Source: Chloroflexota bacterium
GTDB taxonomy: Bacteria > Chloroflexota > Dehalococcoidia > Lucifugimonadales > Lucifugimonadaceae
Assembly: GCA_027623655.1 (NCBI GenBank)
Contig: JAQBVG010000001.1
Coordinates: 9,817-73,816 of the forward strand
Length of the DNA: 64,000 bases
Direction: 5' to 3'
A program made the translations under genes and the position numbers. Below, piece by piece: positions 37,301 to 45,319 of the stretch. The notes beneath the pieces are model-generated. The model did no database searches. It saw nothing but the letters and a program-made list of their open reading frames with translations, and was not told the origin of the DNA. Each line of letters starts with the position of its first letter. Position 1 is the first letter of the stretch.

Positions 37301-37578
37301 CCCTGCCCATCGAATCCGTTCTGGAATCGCTGGCGGTAGCCCTGCATGTTGCGAAATCGCAGGAACAGGTCTTTGTAGGTCCGACCCCAGGCGTGGTGGA
37401 CTCCCATGGGATTGTTGGCAGTGATCGGACCGTCGATGAAAGAGAATTTCTTCCTTTTATCGTCGTTCAACTTTCTGTAGCGGGCAGGGATGTCGTTTTC
37501 GTCCCACCATTTGAGGATCGCTTCCTCGTTAGCTACAAAATCGACTTTAGGGTCTACCTGATCGAAGTGGCTTGCCAC
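34306..37578 (-). CDS. ileS: Isoleucine--tRNA ligase, long (type-2, eukaryote/archaeal-like) form
   Basis: 1090 aa. GPITANNPMGVHHAWGR (HIGH-type), MHKSKGN (KMSKS-type), CPRCGT and CWRCGT zinc knuckles. A T-box leader lies upstream. Confidence 0.95.
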   Translation of the reverse strand: MASHFDQVDPKVDFVANEEAILKWWDENDIPARYRKLNDDKRKKFSFIDGPITANNPMGVHHAWGRTYKDLFLRFRNMQGYRQRFQNGFDGQGLWIEVEVEKEKGFKSKRDIEEYGVGKFVEECRARVDLFADRISEQSKRLGYFMDWDNSYHTKSDENNYTIWHFLKTCADNGWIYKGRDVMPWCPRCGTGLSQHEIVTEGYQEITHESPFLKFPLIDDGHEGESLLVWTTTPWTLAANVAAAVNPENNYVKVEDRGAVIYFSKSLFDSLKRDHVLTEDARVISELKGSELVGLRYRGPFDELPAQAEAIGQHRVLAWDEVGEDEGTGIVHTAPGAGAEDFRLGKENDLTPIAPLDQNGIYIDGFGDLTGKAAADVKDMIFASLKEKGLLVRVNKYTHRYPVCWRCGTELVFRLVDEWFIAMDEIRPKMEKATNEMEWYPEFGKARELDWLKNMQDWMISKKRYYGLALPIYACDCGHFDVLGSLDELKERAVEGWLEFEKSGASPHRPWVDDVKIACSNCGETVSRIQDVGNAWLDAGIVPFSTIGYKSDPEHWKEWFPADWISESFPGQFRNWFYSLIVMAAVLEDSLPARQVFSYALMRDENGEEMHKSKGNAIWFEDAANRMGVDVMRWTFSRHNPESNINFGYKMGDEVRRQFLIPLWNIYSFFTTYANLDGWTPADSAIPMSFEFTEDGETNAYESWEMPSESEGFSELDRWILSELNQLVNRATENLENWQLAYAADSIEQFVETLSNWYVRRSRRRFWKTEGDRDKNAAYSTLYTCLATLSRLLAPFTPFVADTMYRNLVADRVLKNSEQAPDSVHLTSWPKANESLIDQDVMNRTRLAIRLASLGRSARAQARLKVRQPLGEFVAEVRHDWEHFALAEIEPILKEELNVKAVRNAAEIGGLLGFEIKPNLPKLGPKYGRQMGDIRSAIAAADPKEIARASEAGETITLGKFVLEPDEVLIERVALENYSVATDAGYAGAVLTVVSDELKAEGTAREVVRVIQNLRKSSGLEISDRINLWISCSNDTVVDSLRTHSGYIAEETLATSIEFNAALSDDAIAVAHTETVDLDDAEVTATLEKA

Positions 37579-37659
37579 GTTTGTGTTTCCTGGTGTGCCA
37601 GCACGGCACCGTTATTTTTCCTGCGGGTTGTTTTACATGCAGAGAGGGGATGGTTTCTT

Positions 37660-37975
37660 GCAGGTTAAAATAGTCGCCCGCCCCTGACGGATCAGGGACG
37701 GGCGTTTTGAAATAAAACTGTACCGCGGTACCACCCTGGTTTTCCGATGTGATCCGCGGTTTTTACCGGCGGCTAATTCGGAACACTCAGTTGAGCCGAT
37801 GTAACGTTCGGCAGGGACGGTTCAGCCTAGTAGCCGGGAGTCCGTTTGGACTCCGGTGTTCAGTGAACGGTTCGAGAGTGATGATCGAATCCAGCCCCAT
37901 GCCCGCTCTCACCGTACCGGGCTCGCTTATTTTGAGGACGTGAACGGATTCGATCGCGTCTCCGTCATCACCTGT
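37660..37975 (-). promoter_or_regulatory. T-box riboswitch leader of ileS
   Basis: The minus strand reads AACCAGGGUGGUACCGCGGUA (37741..37723), a near-perfect T-box consensus with a UGGU bulge. It is followed by the terminator hairpin at 37704..37675. A tandem AUC AUC lies at 37885..37880 in the upstream stem-I region. Boundaries are approximate. Confidence 0.75.
37675..37704 (-). terminator. T-box attenuator terminator
   Basis: The minus strand reads CGCCCGUCCCUGA-UCCG-UCAGGGGCGGGCG, 13 pairs including one G-U. It is followed by ACUAUUUUAACC. Confidence 0.7.
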
Positions 37976-38119
37976 AACCCCACAATGTTACCTGTTGGTG
38001 GCGCCGACGGCACTTTTGTCGTTTGACACTAATTGGTTAACACGAGCAGTTGCGACGACGAATACATCTTCGCAGGTCACACTGGTTCCAGAACCGCAAG
38101 GAAACACCGGCACACCGAA

Positions 38120-39064
38120 TCAGCCCAGTTCGAAGTTTCCGACCTGCTCGTAGTGCGTACCTTCTTTTTCGTCGAGGTAACTCCGGTACAGGGCTATCGC
38201 CGCAACGGGGATGGTCTTCCCGGTCGAATGCAACGGGGCATGCTGCCAGGAAACGCCGATGTCTTCGGCGAATCGACCTCGAATGCCCGGCCGAGTGCGT
38301 CCAATGGTCACGTGTGGCTTGAACGCACGTTCCTCGGTGTCGAATCCGAGGGCAGCAAGCCCGCCCTCGACTCGACCTTGCAGTTGTTCCAGTCGTCGTA
38401 GCTCACCGGTCACACCCACCCAGCAAATTCGCGGGTCACGAAACGACGGAAAGCAGCCCGTCCTACCAACTTTAATCGAGAACTTGCCGGTCGAAGACGC
38501 GGCCCGTGCCAGAACCGCGCTAATACCGTCAACCTCACTGGTCGGAGTATCGCCAAGGAATTTCAAGGTGAGATGCATCCCATCCTGATCTATCCATCGC
38601 ACGCGTTCGTATTATCGAGGTCTGAAGCTCTGGGCGAGGTCCATGAATTCTCGTTTGAGTGCCCTTGGGATTTCGATCGCGACGAAAAGACGCCATGTAT
38701 CGGCGGGAACCTCAGGAAAGTTTGCTTCGTGCTCTTCGCCCCCAGCGGAACTGGGTGGCATGTAGAGCTTCGGAGCCTGCGGGACGTACCTGGCTTCCGA
38801 ACGCTCCGGAGCGCCAGTCAGTTGAGATGATCTGGTCGAGGAGTAGGCGATAAAGTCCCGCTCGCCAAGTCGAGGACGTGCGAACACAGGCACTGAATCG
38901 GGCAATTTGCGTTCGGGCGTGCGGCGTTCTGGCGTGTCGTTTTCGGAGTCGGGGTCGGCGTTCGAACTTCCATCACCAGGATCGGATTCCGCAGGCGACT
39001 CATTTTTCGGTTCGTCGCTCAATTTATCTGCAAGCCTCGGATCGGGCTCGTTCGGTTTCGTCAC
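38120..39064 (-). pseudogene. thpR: RNA 2',3'-cyclic phosphodiesterase (ThpR/LigT, 2H family) interrupted by an in-frame TAA; carries a ~110-aa acidic/Pro-rich N-terminal extension
   Basis: - Track ORFs 38612..39064 and 38120..38602 are in the same frame.
- ORF 1 ends ...WRLFVAIEIPRALKREFMDLAQSFRPR-TAA (38614..38612).
- The reading then continues YERVRWIDQDGMHLTLKFLGD...HVTIGR.
- Both H-x-T-x motifs lie after the stop, and the first beta-strand (RLFVAIE) lies before it. Confidence 0.7.
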
Positions 39065-39365
39065 TCGTAGTTCCTGATGTTAATTCTGAAGATCAATTTT
39101 CCGATTCGATTAACGATACGTCGAATCTGGCGATTCTGAAGCTTTTCGCCGAATCACGTTGGCAGTCGGAGGTGGTTTTGGCGAAATAACTGGATTCGGG
39201 CCGGGCGTTATGCCGGGCTGATCGAACAGATGGCTATAATCCTGCTGCGCAGGACGACAGAAGAGTTGGAAAATTTCTCGGACGAGGTGAATCACCGGGT
39301 GTTCTGTTGAAATCCATTTCGCGTCATTCCTGGACGCTGACATTCTGGCAATTTGGAGAAATCAC

Positions 39366-40358
39366 GTGGCATTACTGTTGAACCGGACTGACGTACAGAA
39401 ACTATTGCCGATGTCGAAGGCGATCGACGTGGTCGAGGCGGCGTTTGGCGAACTGGCGGCTGGAACGGCGGAAATGCCCAATCGAACTGTGTTCATGGAC
39501 TCCGACGTTGGAGGCTGGATCGCGTACATGCCGGCTTACCTGAAGTCCGGCGGTGCGCTCGGTGTGAAGGCCGTCACGGTCTACAAGGCGAATCCCACGA
39601 AATTCGGATTGCCCACGACAATCGGTACGATCCTGGTCCAGAACAACCAGACCGGAGAAGTAGTTGCGGTGATGGACGGTGGATTTCTTACCGCGGCAAG
39701 GACCGGCGCCGTGAGCGGTGTCGCAACACGGCATTTGGCCCGGCAGGACGCGAAGGTCGCTGGAATTTTCGGTACGGGGGTGCAGGCCCGCCAGCAGGTT
39801 GTCGGGATGGCCGCGGCGAGAGAACTCGACCTGGTCCTGGCGTTCTCGCTCGATCCAAAAGATGCGAGGCAGGCGTTCGCCGACTCACTCCACGAGGCAA
39901 CCGGGGTCGAGGTGCGGCTGGCCTCCAGCGGCGAAGAGTTGTGCCGAGAGTCCGATGTCGTAGCGCTGGCGACTACAGCGTCGAAACCGATCGTGCAGGC
40001 AGACTGGTGGAAGCCGGGTGCCCACATCAACGCGATCGGCTCACATGCGCCCGGGGTTCGAGAGCTTGATACGGCCACCATTCAACGGGCTAAGGTAATT
40101 TGCGACCAGAAGCAGGCATGTTTGAACGAGGCTGGCGATATCCAGATCCCGATCGAGGAGGGTGCGTACTCAGCCGACGATGTCTATGGCGATCTCGGCG
40201 CGGTTGTGAACGGCACGATTGCAGGTCGTGAAAACGATGAAGAGATCACGCTTTTCAAGAGCGTCGGCCTTGCGATCCAGGACATTTCATGTGCGTCCCT
40301 GGTGTACGAGCAGGCAAAGGCGCAGGGTGTGGGCCTGGAGTTCAACTTCGGGGGGTGA
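39366..40358 (+). CDS. Ornithine cyclodeaminase / mu-crystallin family protein
   Basis: 330 aa with LTAARTGAVSGVATRHLAR, GTGVQA (Rossmann) and INAIGS motifs. Confidence 0.85.
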   Translation: MALLLNRTDVQKLLPMSKAIDVVEAAFGELAAGTAEMPNRTVFMDSDVGGWIAYMPAYLKSGGALGVKAVTVYKANPTKFGLPTTIGTILVQNNQTGEVVAVMDGGFLTAARTGAVSGVATRHLARQDAKVAGIFGTGVQARQQVVGMAAARELDLVLAFSLDPKDARQAFADSLHEATGVEVRLASSGEELCRESDVVALATTASKPIVQADWWKPGAHINAIGSHAPGVRELDTATIQRAKVICDQKQACLNEAGDIQIPIEEGAYSADDVYGDLGAVVNGTIAGRENDEEITLFKSVGLAIQDISCASLVYEQAKAQGVGLEFNFGG

Positions 40359-40503
40359 TGCGACAACCGGAACCACGCATTTGGTGGACCGACTTGAACC
40401 TGTCGTGAGCTCGAAGGGTGGTGCGAGTCGAACGGGGTTCCTGCGTTACGGCCGGGGCCGGCGTGGACCCGACCCGGCGTCATGCGCACCCTCTGGCCTG
40501 TGA

Positions 40504-41403
40504 CTACGCAGTGAGTATTTCGGGGCCGTTAGGTCCGAGATATATCGAGTGTTCTTTCCAGCCGACGTGAGCGCCGCTGACCTCGACGAGGGGGGCATAT
40601 TCCCTTGCTACGCCCTGTTTGATCAGTTCTTCCAGTGTCCGTTCAAATGGCTTTTTCGGGAGATGAAGGAAATATCGACGGGCGAAGGGCAGGCCGTGCC
40701 ACGCTTTGATCGCTTCGAGGGAATCGGCATCCAGTTTATTCGACAGTTTTGGGCTGCGTTCCAACCTGAACACCTCGGGTTTGCCTTCGTCGTCGACGCC
40801 GCCACGTCCGGACGTGGCAAAAGGCTCAATCGCGAAGATTGACCCGGCTTCGAGACTGCCGTTGAGGCCAATTCGTGCATTAGGAATCTGTGGCGTGTCG
40901 TGCAGGGTGTATCTGCCGAGTCCATGGCCGGTGAGGTTCAGGATTGGTCGAAACCCCGCGCCGGTAATGACCTCATTTACCCGCTCGCCGATGTCCTCGA
41001 CAGGCAGGTCGGGCTCACACATTTCGATTGCTGCGTCGAGTGCATCGCTGGCTGCGCCAATCATTCCACACCAGCGTTCGTCACTCGATAGATCGGCCGA
41101 AACGCCGGTGTCGACTATCAGGCCGTCGATGTGAGCCCCTACGTCGATTTTCACGAGATCGTTTTCTTCGAACCGGGTGTTGTCCGACGGTGAGGAGCAG
41201 TAGTGGGCGGCGATCTTGTTTCGGCTGGTCTGGGCCGGGAAGGGGGGAAGTGCACCCGCCTCGCGGATCATCGTTTCGATGCCTTCTTGCAGTTCACGCA
41301 GCAGTCCGCCGGGCCTGATCGCCCCGGCCGCCCAGTCTCGAGCTCTGGCGGCGATACGTCCGGCTTCTCGTAAGGTATCGAGTTCTGCTGGCGTCGGTTT
41401 CAC
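40504..41403 (-). CDS. map: Methionine aminopeptidase, type 2 (archaeal-like, ~299 aa)
   Basis: Strong resemblance to archaeal MAP-2: FPAQTSRNKIAAHY, VKIDVGAHIDGLIVDT, NLTGHGL.RY.LH and FAIEPFAT. GTG 41403 is chosen because it overlaps the upstream TGA (GTGA). Confidence 0.8.
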   Translation of the reverse strand: MKPTPAELDTLREAGRIAARARDWAAGAIRPGGLLRELQEGIETMIREAGALPPFPAQTSRNKIAAHYCSSPSDNTRFEENDLVKIDVGAHIDGLIVDTGVSADLSSDERWCGMIGAASDALDAAIEMCEPDLPVEDIGERVNEVITGAGFRPILNLTGHGLGRYTLHDTPQIPNARIGLNGSLEAGSIFAIEPFATSGRGGVDDEGKPEVFRLERSPKLSNKLDADSLEAIKAWHGLPFARRYFLHLPKKPFERTLEELIKQGVAREYAPLVEVSGAHVGWKEHSIYLGPNGPEILTA

Positions 41404-42377
41404 GCGCAGGAGGGATCGTCGGCGTCCCAGCGATTGAATGTTGGTTGTTCGCCCCTGGCAAGGGAGTCCCGCGTGTCTTTCCACATCTGGTACCAGATGT
41501 CGGCGTCATGCAGTTCGGTCTCGGGCCTCGATGCGCTACGTGCAACAAATCCGGGGAAGACGCTTCGGCCGGTCGCTTCGCCGGTCGGCTGGTAGCGCAG
41601 GTCGAAACTCCAGCGGATACGGTCGCTGATGTTTGGCAGTGCTGCATGCACGGTTTTCTTCGTGAGAAGGAGCGCACCGCCTTTTTTGACGGGAACGGGC
41701 ATCGAATCGCCGATATTGAAGAGGTGTTCAGGGATTTGTAAACCCGGACGTTCTTTGTAGCCGGGGCAGTGCGTGAGCAGTTCGCCGCGATGAGAGCCAG
41801 GCACGATCGCGAGGCAGCCGTTCTCTGCGCTGGCGTCCATCAGTGGGAACCAGACCGTCAGGATATTGGTCTCGTCAGCTTCGGGATTGACTACGCCGGC
41901 GTCCTGATGCCATGGGGTGGCGCCGAACATAACATTGCCGTGTTCGTCTCGTGGCGAAACTGCCTCAGGAACCTTGATCCGCACGTGCTGTACCGGGTTC
42001 GAGTAGACCTCGCTGCCGACAATCGATTCGGCGATGTCGAGAACCCCCGGCGCTGTTAGCGCACGGAATACCGCAGGGCCAGCCCAGAATGGGGTATCGG
42101 GTTTCACGCCATTTTGCGGCAGCGAAAAATCGAAATACTGGTTGTGAATCTCTCCCGATTCGCCGTAGATCTTCGTAACCCGGTCGCCAAAGGAAAGTTC
42201 GGAATAGGTCGAAGAGATTTTTTCCTCGCGGAAGAGCTTTTCGGCCAGCGAATCAAGGACGTCGGCGTATTCGGCAACGACAGGGTCGATCTCGTTTTCC
42301 GAATCGAAAACGTCTTCAATCCGGACGAATCCGTATTCGTTGAAGTGTTCTTTCTGTTCGGAGGTTAGTGCTGGCAT
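41400..42377 (-). CDS. Phytanoyl-CoA dioxygenase (PhyH) family Fe(II)/2-oxoglutarate oxygenase
   Basis: MPALTSEQKEHFNEYGFVRIEDVF N-terminus, WHQD (H-x-D), and a later H in SHRGEL. ATG 42377 is preferred to the track start at 42452. Confidence 0.75.
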   Translation of the reverse strand: MPALTSEQKEHFNEYGFVRIEDVFDSENEIDPVVAEYADVLDSLAEKLFREEKISSTYSELSFGDRVTKIYGESGEIHNQYFDFSLPQNGVKPDTPFWAGPAVFRALTAPGVLDIAESIVGSEVYSNPVQHVRIKVPEAVSPRDEHGNVMFGATPWHQDAGVVNPEADETNILTVWFPLMDASAENGCLAIVPGSHRGELLTHCPGYKERPGLQIPEHLFNIGDSMPVPVKKGGALLLTKKTVHAALPNISDRIRWSFDLRYQPTGEATGRSVFPGFVARSASRPETELHDADIWYQMWKDTRDSLARGEQPTFNRWDADDPSCA

Positions 42378-42671
42378 TCCTCTGACCCTCTGAAGGCACA
42401 GATGTTTACACGATTGTGCAGAGTGCGTTTTGAGGCGGAATTTTACTCGCAACTCGTCGACGCTGCATTCAGGCAGGGCCAGGTTTCGCTGTTGTTAGCG
42501 GTGCCGGTGGGTTACTTGCTACGGCCAGCAGTACGCAGAGAGTCGCTCTCAATGGCAAGTCCGTGCGCCGATTCGACTGCTTTTCGAATACCAGCGAGCG
42601 CTACTTTGAAGATATTGATCATTTGCCTGTACTTGTTAGATTCGTGATGAGAGTGGAGGGTGCGAGTAGAA

Positions 42672-42699
42672 ATAAAAAAAACCCTGCTGAGGGCAGGGG
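42672..42699 (-). terminator. Rho-independent terminator
   Basis: The minus strand reads CCCUGC-CCUCA-GCAGGG followed by UUUUUUUUUAUUU. Confidence 0.75.
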
Positions 42700-42732
42700 T
42701 TCGATTCTTTTACTGTCGCTGTGTGACTTAGT

Positions 42733-42816
42733 TCAACAAGTACAACAACACGCAAATCCGCGGCAACCCCTCGCCCTGGCGGGCGTACAGGTACACATAC
42801 AGAGGCAGGCCTGCAT
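42733..42816 (-). CDS. Hypothetical 27-codon Cys-rich small ORF (very tentative)
   Basis: ATG 42816..42814 to TGA 42735..42733 reads MQACLCMCTCTPARARGCRGFACCCTC (9 Cys in 27 residues). It ends about 35 nt before the intrinsic terminator. No convincing Shine-Dalgarno sequence is present. Confidence 0.15.
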   Translation of the reverse strand: MQACLCMCTCTPARARGCRGFACCCTC

Positions 42817-43015
42817 GTCAGCGGGGGCAGAGTTGTGGGTTCAGTGTAAGTTGCTCATCTGATTCAACAGGACAAATATACCGCTGCGTGAGAGTTCGTG
42901 GCAAACAATGGCATAGGTATTTCGTGAACGGTTCACCCGCGATTGAGTTTGCAGCTCGAAATTGAGTATGCCCCGGTACCGGACTGACAGGGCGATACGG
43001 GAGTTCGCCGGTATC

Positions 43016-43909
43016 TCAGAGGTTCAGAAGCTTGGCGGCGTTTGCGCCCCGTATCAGGCGAGATTGATCGGGCCTGAGGCCGGACTGCGCAAACTCGTCC
43101 AGTGCTCGATCTTGAGTGACCAGGGGATAGTCGCTCGCGAAGAGGATTTTCTCTATACCAACGGCTCTTGCCGCGACATCGAATACCTGGGGTCGGTACA
43201 GGAACGGAAACGCCGCTGAGTCGAAGTAGACATTTTTAAGGGCTAGGTTCACTTCGGGCATCAGGCCATAGAACGGCAGGCCACCACCGAAATGGCTGAA
43301 AATGAACTTGTTGTTCGGGTAGGCGGTCACCAGCGCCATCAATAGTTCGGGGGTTACTGTTCCTTTTCCGGGATAGCCGTGCCCAACAGGCTCGGAGGCG
43401 TGGATCAGGACTGGCATACCGAGTTCTCGGGCGGTATCGAGGACCGGAGCGAGCACGGCGAGATCGGCTTCCAGTATCCCCTGCGTATCGGGATGGAGTT
43501 CACCGATTCCCCGTGCACCTGCTTCATAGCAGCGCCGCACCTCTATGACTGCATCGTCGCCCCAGAGGGGGTTCACACTGCAAAACGCCACAATCCTGTC
43601 GGGATTCAGCCGGGCGGACTCGAGGTTGTAGTCGTTAGATTCGCGCGCAACGCCGGGGTCGGTCCAGCCGAATCCCGTACACACCGATATATCGACCCCG
43701 GCGCCTTCCATCGAACTAAGAAGGTCTTCTCTCTGGACAATTTTCGCTCTTGAATCTGTGAAAATGCTCCGGAACGTCGCATCGGATCGAGCGATACGTT
43801 CGCGATCTTGCGCGAACGATGCTGGCAGCAAGTGAACGCAAGAGTCGACGGTTGCGTCGGTCGGCTGGCCCGGGTTGTAAGAGTCGGTTTCGCTTGAATC
43901 GGTCGTCAT
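43016..43909 (-). CDS. Amidohydrolase-2-type TIM-barrel metal-dependent hydrolase
   Basis: VDSCVHLLP (metal-binding H-x-H region), VLIHASEP, FSHFGGG and the ASDYP motif. Confidence 0.7.
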   Translation of the reverse strand: MTTDSSETDSYNPGQPTDATVDSCVHLLPASFAQDRERIARSDATFRSIFTDSRAKIVQREDLLSSMEGAGVDISVCTGFGWTDPGVARESNDYNLESARLNPDRIVAFCSVNPLWGDDAVIEVRRCYEAGARGIGELHPDTQGILEADLAVLAPVLDTARELGMPVLIHASEPVGHGYPGKGTVTPELLMALVTAYPNNKFIFSHFGGGLPFYGLMPEVNLALKNVYFDSAAFPFLYRPQVFDVAARAVGIEKILFASDYPLVTQDRALDEFAQSGLRPDQSRLIRGANAAKLLNL

Positions 43910-44056
43910 GGCATGTTGGTGGAATCAATTGGACGAAAGTTACACTGACAGGGTACTGCGCGGCTGTGCGTTATCGGTAACACGAAACTACTCTTGATGT
44001 GACAACGTCGTATCGGCGGTAAAGACCCGGTATTCGGAAGAGGGCAACAAACACAG

Positions 44057-45199
44057 ATGGTCTCGATGATCAGGGATGAAGGACGAGTACTCACTCAACC
44101 CGATATCCCACATGCCGAACCCAGGCTGGGCAAGGTCGCAGTTATATACACCACGCCCGAGACCGTAATTGCCGACTATGCGCGGCTGCTCGACCTGGCC
44201 GACTATCAGACTGCTCTCATGCCCGACATCGATACCTTTTTGAAGGTGAACATTTCGTGGCAACACTACTACCCTGCCTGTTCGAGTGCTCCCTGGCAGA
44301 TCGATGGCGTAGCCCAGAAATTGCTGGCCGATGGATTCGACCGGCTAACGGCCGCGCATAACGGGACAGTAGTCGTAAATCCTGACGAGGGACGCGAAAA
44401 GAACAAGCACAGGGTGGTCGAGGACAGGCTGGGTCTGGACCACATCACCCTCGACGTGCCACCCGTGAAGTGGGTGCCGTACAGGCCAACCGCCAAAATG
44501 TTGGTGCTGGACGATGTCTACAGGGACGGGTTGTACATTCCGGAGGTGTTCCCGGGCACGAACATCGTTCAGCTGCCAACCGTCAAGACCCATGTGTTCA
44601 CGACAATGACCGGTGCGATGAAGAACGCCTTTGGCGGACTACTTCATCGTTATCGACACTGGACTCATTCGGTAATTCACGAGACGCTCGTTGACCTGCT
44701 CCAGATCCAGAAAGAAATCCACTCCGGCCTGTTCGCCGTTATGGATGGCACTTTTGCCGGTGATGGGCCGGGGCCACGTGCAATGCGGATTCACACCAAG
44801 AATGTGATCCTGGCTTCAGCGGACCAGGTTGCGATCGACGCTGTGGCCGCGAAGATGATGGGCCTCGACCCGATGTCGATCCCGATGATTCGGATCGCCC
44901 ACGAGATGGGCCTCGGGGTCGGTAAGCCTGAAGAGATCGAGGTTGTTGGCGACGATATTGCCGACGTGAACTGGAACTTTTCGGGAAGTGAAAGTACTCT
45001 CGCATCCAGAGGACAGAAGCTTATCTATCACGGACCGCTGAAGCCGCTTGAAAAAGTGCTGCTCAGGTCGCCGATTGCACCGTGGGCTTACTGGGCCTCG
45101 AACGTCTACCACAACAAGTTCTGGTTACCGGTCGTCGGTCGCAAACGGGTCGCGGAGGCGATGAAGACGCCCTGGGGCAGGCTGTTCGAGAGTTATTAG
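44057..45199 (+). CDS. DUF362-domain protein
   Basis: 380 aa. LPTVKTHVFTTMTGAMKNAFGGLL and ASADQVAIDAV are characteristic DUF362 blocks. Confidence 0.6.
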   Translation: MVSMIRDEGRVLTQPDIPHAEPRLGKVAVIYTTPETVIADYARLLDLADYQTALMPDIDTFLKVNISWQHYYPACSSAPWQIDGVAQKLLADGFDRLTAAHNGTVVVNPDEGREKNKHRVVEDRLGLDHITLDVPPVKWVPYRPTAKMLVLDDVYRDGLYIPEVFPGTNIVQLPTVKTHVFTTMTGAMKNAFGGLLHRYRHWTHSVIHETLVDLLQIQKEIHSGLFAVMDGTFAGDGPGPRAMRIHTKNVILASADQVAIDAVAAKMMGLDPMSIPMIRIAHEMGLGVGKPEEIEVVGDDIADVNWNFSGSESTLASRGQKLIYHGPLKPLEKVLLRSPIAPWAYWASNVYHNKFWLPVVGRKRVAEAMKTPWGRLFESY

Positions 45200-45319
45200 C
45201 AGGCCCAGCAGACCGTCAACGTGGCCGTTTAGACGGAGCGAGCCGTTAGCGTGACCGATTGCGTGGCGCAGTTGACGCGAATGGACGTTGGATCCCCTGC
45301 CTCAGTCTGATAGCCCGGA

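Noticed and set aside
42690-42710. GGGGTTCGATTC looked like a tRNA T-loop (possible tRNA or selC near selD)
   Set aside because: No complementary T-stem, acceptor stem or anticodon arm could be built. The GC stem plus the A-run is better explained as a minus-strand intrinsic terminator. No tRNA-like structure was found elsewhere by eye, though the scan was not exhaustive.
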